The notes beneath the pieces are model-generated. The model worked only from the letters and a program-made list of their open reading frames with translations, did not search any database and was not told where the DNA came from. Made by a program: the position numbers and the translations under genes. A stretch of 64,000 nucleotides of DNA from Candidatus Omnitrophota bacterium (GTDB lineage Bacteria > Omnitrophota > Gorgyraeia > Gygaellales > Profunditerraquicolaceae). The DNA lies in the NCBI GenBank assembly GCA_035402765.1, contig DAONDX010000005.1, positions 7,304 through 71,303 on the forward strand, written 5' to 3'. This document shows positions 59,839 to 64,000 of the stretch, one piece after another; the first letter of the stretch is position 1, and every line of letters begins with the position of its first letter.

Positions 59839-60393
59839 ATGGAAAACCGGATGGATGAAGATATTCTTTATATTGAACAGTTCCTGGGTGGAGAGATCAG
59901 GGGGTTTGAAATGCTGGTCAGGAAATATCAGAACCGGGTTTTAAATATTGTTTATTCGCTGATCGGGCAAGATCAGGAGAGCGAAGATATCCTGCAGGAA
60001 TCATTTATGAAGGTTTATCATAATTTAAAGTTTTTTAGGCGGCAAAGCCAATTTCCGACCTGGCTTTACCGGATTGTTGTAAATACCGCATATGATTATA
60101 TGCGTAGAAGGAAAAATTTTATCAGTGATGAAGGCATTTTGGAGATGAGCGCGTCTGCCGCCAAAGGGCCCCGGGATGTTCTGTTAACTCAGGAGAAGGA
60201 AGCGATGATCCAGGCGGCCTTGGGTAATATCCCGCTTAAATTCAGGGCAGCGGTAGTGCTTAAAGACATTGAAGGCTTAAGCTATGCGCAAATATCCGAA
60301 ATTTTACATTGCAGCATCGGGACAGTAGAGTCAAAGATTTACCGGGCCAGGCAGTTTCTTAAAAATGAATTGTTTAAGTTAGCAGGAGAATAA
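59839..60393 (+). CDS. ECF-type RNA polymerase sigma factor
   Basis: Sigma-70 region 2 (DILQESFMKVY..FPTWLYRIVVNTAYD) and region 4 HTH. Confidence 0.85.
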   Translation: MENRMDEDILYIEQFLGGEIRGFEMLVRKYQNRVLNIVYSLIGQDQESEDILQESFMKVYHNLKFFRRQSQFPTWLYRIVVNTAYDYMRRRKNFISDEGILEMSASAAKGPRDVLLTQEKEAMIQAALGNIPLKFRAAVVLKDIEGLSYAQISEILHCSIGTVESKIYRARQFLKNELFKLAGE

Positions 60394-60395
60394 GC

Positions 60396-60839
60396 ATGGA
60401 AAAATGCGCAAAAATAAAAAGATTATTGTCGCGTTATCTGGATAAAGAAACTGCCGCTAGCGATACATCTTTAGTTCAAGAGCATCTGGATAGCTGTATT
60501 TTTTGTAAAAAAGAATTAGCTCAGCTTGTACGGGCCAAGGAATTTGTTTCGGGAAAAGTCCGCCAAATCCTTCCGCCGGATTATCTGGTTTGCCGTTTAA
60601 GGGAAAAAATCGCAAGTCAAAAGCAGGCTGAAGAAAAATTTTCTTGGGTAGCGGGTATGGGGATCCTTTCCCGCAGGCTGATCCCGGTTCCGGTTACCGC
60701 GGTGTTATTATCTTTGGTGCTTATGATCTTAAGTTTTCAGCAATCCGCCAGCAGTTATTCTTTAGAGGAACATATGTTAAGCGGTAATCAAACGACACTA
60801 ATCACGGCTGCAGGATTGATATTGGGAACGCAAAGTTAA
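60396..60839 (+). CDS. anti-sigma factor (zf-HC2) with C-terminal TM helix
   Basis: HLDSCIFCKKEL zinc-finger motif. Immediately downstream of the ECF sigma gene. Confidence 0.7.
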   Translation: MEKCAKIKRLLSRYLDKETAASDTSLVQEHLDSCIFCKKELAQLVRAKEFVSGKVRQILPPDYLVCRLREKIASQKQAEEKFSWVAGMGILSRRLIPVPVTAVLLSLVLMILSFQQSASSYSLEEHMLSGNQTTLITAAGLILGTQS

Positions 60840-60853
60840 ACCGGAGGTGGTCA

Positions 60854-61336
60854 ATGAATAGGAATGCGCTATATCTGGCAATTTTTGCAGTTTTATGTGT
60901 TTTAGCTGGAGTTTTAATGGGAGCAAGCATAACTAAATGGTCGAATCTTCCGGGGCCGGGCCGGGACAAACCGGATTTCCGGAAAAAAGCCGAATATTTT
61001 ATGGGCTATGGATCAAAAGAACGCAAAGATAGAAAAAGCGGCGGACCGATCGAGATGCTCGCCGCTAAACTTGAGTTAAGTACTGACCAAAAAGTAAAAA
61101 TTACCGGGATTTTAGAGAAATCACGCCAGGAGATTGATCAGGTGGGGGATGGCGTCCGCAATGCGATCACACAGATTAAGGAAAAAGGGGATCAGGAGAT
61201 CATGGCTATGCTTAACCCTAAGCAACAGGAAAAGTTTAAAGATTTACTGGCTGAGCTTAAGCGAAAGCACGATCTTAGGAAAGGAAGAGGCCAGTTACCT
61301 CCTTTCGGTGAAAGATTCACCTCACCGCGGGAATAA
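60854..61336 (+). CDS. periplasmic Spy/CpxP-like protein (LTXXQ motifs)
   Basis: Signal/TM segment. LSTDQKVKI and LNPKQQEKF repeats. Confidence 0.5.
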   Translation: MNRNALYLAIFAVLCVLAGVLMGASITKWSNLPGPGRDKPDFRKKAEYFMGYGSKERKDRKSGGPIEMLAAKLELSTDQKVKITGILEKSRQEIDQVGDGVRNAITQIKEKGDQEIMAMLNPKQQEKFKDLLAELKRKHDLRKGRGQLPPFGERFTSPRE

Positions 61337-61410
61337 TGGTATAATTTCAACCGGGAAACTAAAGTGGTTTTTTATTGCGTCTTAAATTGTAAGGAAATAA
61401 TCTTAAAAAG

Positions 61411-62703
61411 ATGAAAAGATTTATAAACAGCGTAATAATCATCTTGTCCCTAAGTTTTATTTCGCCGGCCTTTTGCGCTGAGGAAATTTTAACTTGGGAT
61501 GGCTGTCTTGCCGAAGCAGGAAAGAATAATCCGGAACTGATTTCTGCGGTAGAAATTATTAACCAGGAAAAAGCGGGTAAGGATATAACCGCAAGCGCGC
61601 TTTACCCTCAGATCAGCACTAATCTGGGTGTTGCTACCAGAGGGGCGACTTCCACGAGTGTTGCTACCGGAGTTAAAACCAGCACAACTACTGATACTTA
61701 TTCTTATGGGGTCAGCGGAACCCAATTATTATTCGATGGTTCTAAAACCCGTAACAATGTGAAATCTGCTGCGGAGAATATCAAGGCCGCGCAGCAGGGT
61801 TACCGTTTTACCTCCAGCCAGGTAAGATTGAGTTTACGGACCGCGTTTATTAATTTATTAAAAGCGCAGGAATTAATCCAGGTGGCCGAAGACATTGTTA
61901 AAATCAGAAGGGACAATTTGGAATTAATAACTTTGCGTTACCAGTCCGGGCTGGAACATAAAGGAGCTTTGTTGACTGCCGAGGCAAATGTGGCGCAGGC
62001 AAAATTTGAATTGGCACAGGCTAAACGGGATGTTGGGTTAGCGCAAAGGCAATTAACCAAAGCCATGGGGCGGAAAGAATTTAAGCTGATGTCGGTTAAA
62101 GGGGATTTTACGATTAAAGATGCGGCTAAAGAAAAACCTGATTTTGAGGTGATCGTTAAAAATAATCCTTCTCTGCTGCAGGCGCAGGCCAAGAGAAATG
62201 CCGCTTCTTTTAGCTTAAAAGCTGCCTACGCTAAATTTTTCCCCCAGTTATCCGGTAGCGTCGGAGCGGATCGGTCAGGTTCGCGCTGGCCGCCGAAAGA
62301 TAAAAGCTGGGATGCCGCTTTAAGCTTGACTTTGCCTTTATTTGAGGGCGGATTGAAAGCCGCGCAGGTCACCCAGGCTCAGTCGGTCTACCGGCAGGCA
62401 GAAGCCGATGCAAGAGATATTAAGGATAGCGCGGTTGTCAGCCTTGAGCAGGCTTGGGCGGCATTGCAGGATGCCGATGAAACAGTGGAAGTCCAAAATA
62501 AATCTTTGGAGGCGACAGTTGAGCGTTCTAAAATTGCTGAAGCGCAGTATTCCACGGGTTTTATTACTTTTGACAGCTGGATAATTATTGAAGATAATCT
62601 GGTCAGCGCGAAAAAATCATTTTTGAACGCCCAGACTGATGTTTTGCTGGCAGAAGCCAATTGGATTCAAGCGAAAGGAGAGACATTAGAATATGCGCAA
62701 TAA
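61411..62703 (+). CDS. TolC-family outer-membrane protein
   Basis: Signal peptide. Two OEP repeats. 430 aa. Confidence 0.8.
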   Translation: MKRFINSVIIILSLSFISPAFCAEEILTWDGCLAEAGKNNPELISAVEIINQEKAGKDITASALYPQISTNLGVATRGATSTSVATGVKTSTTTDTYSYGVSGTQLLFDGSKTRNNVKSAAENIKAAQQGYRFTSSQVRLSLRTAFINLLKAQELIQVAEDIVKIRRDNLELITLRYQSGLEHKGALLTAEANVAQAKFELAQAKRDVGLAQRQLTKAMGRKEFKLMSVKGDFTIKDAAKEKPDFEVIVKNNPSLLQAQAKRNAASFSLKAAYAKFFPQLSGSVGADRSGSRWPPKDKSWDAALSLTLPLFEGGLKAAQVTQAQSVYRQAEADARDIKDSAVVSLEQAWAALQDADETVEVQNKSLEATVERSKIAEAQYSTGFITFDSWIIIEDNLVSAKKSFLNAQTDVLLAEANWIQAKGETLEYAQ

Positions 62704-63676
62704 AAAATTCATTATTATTTTAGTGATTTTAATATTAGCAGCCGTAACGGCAGCCGTATCCCGGATGGTCTTCAAAAGGGATAAAAACGGCGGCGAAGTG
62801 ATTAAAGAGGTAAAACCTGTACCGGGCAGTATCTACAATATTGTCTCTACAACCGGGACAGTTTTACCTAAGAACAGGCTGGAGATAAAACCTCCGGTTA
62901 GCGGAAGGATTGAAAACATCTTGGTTCAGGAGGGAGAGAAAATTAAATCCGGCCAAACTTTGGCTTGGATGAGTTCAACGGAAAGGGCAGCCTTGCTTGA
63001 TGCGGCTCGCGGCCAGGGGGAGGAGACCCTAAAATACTGGCAGGAAGTCTATAAAGCTATTCCTTTGATATCGCCGATTGACGGAGAAGTTATCGTCGCC
63101 ACCGTTCAACCTGGTCAAACGGTGGCTACCTCCGATGCGATCGTAGTATTATCGGATCAGCTTATCGTGCGGGCCCAGGTAGATGAAACGGATGTAGGCA
63201 AGATTAAACTTAACCAAAAAGCGCAGGTTAGCCTGGATGCGTATCCGGATATTAAAATTAATGCGCTGGTCGGCCATATTTATTATGAATCTGAGACGGT
63301 AAATAATGTAACGATCTATAAAGTTGACCTGATCCCTGAAAATGCCCCGGAATTTTTCCGTTCCGGGATGAATGCTTCAGTGGATTTTCGAGTTGAAGGT
63401 AAAGAAGATGCTTTACTTTTGTCGATCGAGGCGGTGCATAAAGAAAATAATGAGAATTATGTTTTATTGAAGCAGGAAGGCAGCCAAAATCCGATCAAGC
63501 GTAGTATCGTTTTAGGCATTACCGATGATAAGAATTATGAAGTTGTTTCAGGGCTGACTGCTAATGATACGGTAATTATTTCAACCAAAGAATATGTTTT
63601 CCCGGTTGATAACAGCAGTTCGGGCAGTAATCCGTTTTTGCCCAAGATGCCCGGCGCAAAGAAAAACAAAAGTTAA
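62693..63676 (+). CDS. efflux periplasmic adaptor (MacA/HlyD-like)
   Basis: N-terminal TM helix, lipoyl-like and beta-barrel segments. Upstream of the macB-like ATPase. Confidence 0.8.
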   Translation: MRNKKFIIILVILILAAVTAAVSRMVFKRDKNGGEVIKEVKPVPGSIYNIVSTTGTVLPKNRLEIKPPVSGRIENILVQEGEKIKSGQTLAWMSSTERAALLDAARGQGEETLKYWQEVYKAIPLISPIDGEVIVATVQPGQTVATSDAIVVLSDQLIVRAQVDETDVGKIKLNQKAQVSLDAYPDIKINALVGHIYYESETVNNVTIYKVDLIPENAPEFFRSGMNASVDFRVEGKEDALLLSIEAVHKENNENYVLLKQEGSQNPIKRSIVLGITDDKNYEVVSGLTANDTVIISTKEYVFPVDNSSSGSNPFLPKMPGAKKNKS

Positions 63677-63685
63677 TCGATTAAA

Positions 63686-64000
63686 ATGATCAAAGCAAAA
63701 CATTTATATAAAACCTATCAAATGGGCAGCGTTAAAGTCGCAGCCTTAGCCGATGTGTCGCTGGCAATATCTTCCGGTGAGTTTGTCGCGATTATGGGTG
63801 CTTCCGGTTCCGGTAAGTCGACTTTGATGCATGTGCTGGGGCTTTTGGACCGGCCGGATTCCGGAGAATATTTCTTAGGCCAAGAGGATATGACTAAACT
63901 TACGGATAAGGAATTAGCTTTAGTGAGAAGCCAGCTGGTGGGTTTTGTTTTCCAACAGTTCCATTTATTGCCCAAGATGACCGCCCTGGAAAATGCGGAA
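63686..64000 (+). CDS. MacB/LolD-type ABC ATP-binding protein, 5' fragment (continues beyond window)
   Basis: MIKAKHLYKTYQMGSVKVAALADVSLAISSGEFVAIMGASGSGKSTLMHVLG (Walker A). Not in the ORF track because no stop is reached. Confidence 0.8.
   Translation, partial: MIKAKHLYKTYQMGSVKVAALADVSLAISSGEFVAIMGASGSGKSTLMHVLGLLDRPDSGEYFLGQEDMTKLTDKELALVRSQLVGFVFQQFHLLPKMTALENAE

Noticed and set aside
1-64000. Search for tRNA/rRNA genes, CRISPR arrays, IS elements and integrases.
   Set aside because: No GTTCRA T-loop/acceptor-stem pattern, no regularly spaced repeats, and no transposase or integrase-like ORF were found. The only repeated element is the two-copy leader described above.

Overview
This is a 64-kb, AT-rich bacterial window with dense coding and mostly plus-strand operons; I cannot assign a taxon from the sequence alone. 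No rRNA, tRNA, CRISPR array or transposase is recognisable. In order, the window contains the following.

(1) Coordinates 1-2423: the 3' end of a DUF1330-like gene (annotated 1-170), two class I SAM methyltransferases, a C_GCAxxG_C_C protein and a small conserved protein.

(2) Coordinates 2834-8835: a trehalose/osmoadaptation operon. Its first gene is an unusual fusion of a membrane sensor (two TM helices plus a HAMP domain) to a GT20 trehalose-6-phosphate synthase. It is followed by an MscS channel, OtsB, a hypothetical protein and a TreT-type trehalose synthase. The operon is preceded, and again followed, by a conserved ~70-nt leader element that carries a Pro-Pro mini-ORF (MVGPPS...) and an intrinsic-terminator hairpin.

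(3) Coordinates 8989-11188: the second leader copy heads a locus of six tandem genes for 30-48-aa single-TM peptides, three of them clearly paralogous, around an orphan RnfA/NqrE-like subunit gene. A decayed ArsB/NhaD-type permease pseudogene follows.

(4) Coordinates 11364-11848: an unusually structured non-coding region upstream of amtB. It holds a candidate sRNA with its own promoter and terminator, a consensus sigma-70 promoter abutting a perfect 6-4-6 palindrome, repeated GACAAAGATGCCC motifs, a hairpin plus U8 terminator, and a sigma-54-like -24/-12 element.

(5) Coordinates 11849-31268: a 19.4-kb co-directional nitrogen supercluster: amtB, glnK, type III glutamine synthetase, a small Fis-HTH protein, NH3-dependent nadE, gltB, gltD, a KaiC-like/PPDK_N-domain protein, pyrG, carA, the N-terminal half only of a split carB, and purF.

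(6) Coordinates 31594-44334: an AbrB-like regulator, a tripartite RND efflux pump with its outer-membrane factor, then a second outer-membrane factor with a HlyD / RbbA-like double-ATPase ABC / YhhJ-like efflux system.

(7) Coordinates 44408-47724: two c-di-GMP genes, a REC-HD-GYP response regulator and a PAS-GGDEF-HD-GYP protein, each preceded by a promoter and a terminator-like leader hairpin.

(8) Coordinates 47756-58683, minus strand: a tightly coupled 10-gene operon with three radical SAM enzymes (one B12-binding, one SPASM-like), a PaaK/F390-synthetase-like adenylating enzyme, a GT2 paired with a GT-C (ArnT/PMT-like) glycosyltransferase, an AlkP-superfamily protein and a PstS-like binding protein. 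I read it as a candidate undescribed envelope glycoconjugate tailoring system.

(9) Coordinates 58929-64000: a family-4-like UDG, an S4 protein, an ECF sigma/anti-sigma pair, a Spy/CpxP-like protein and tolC-macA-macB, with macB running off the window end.
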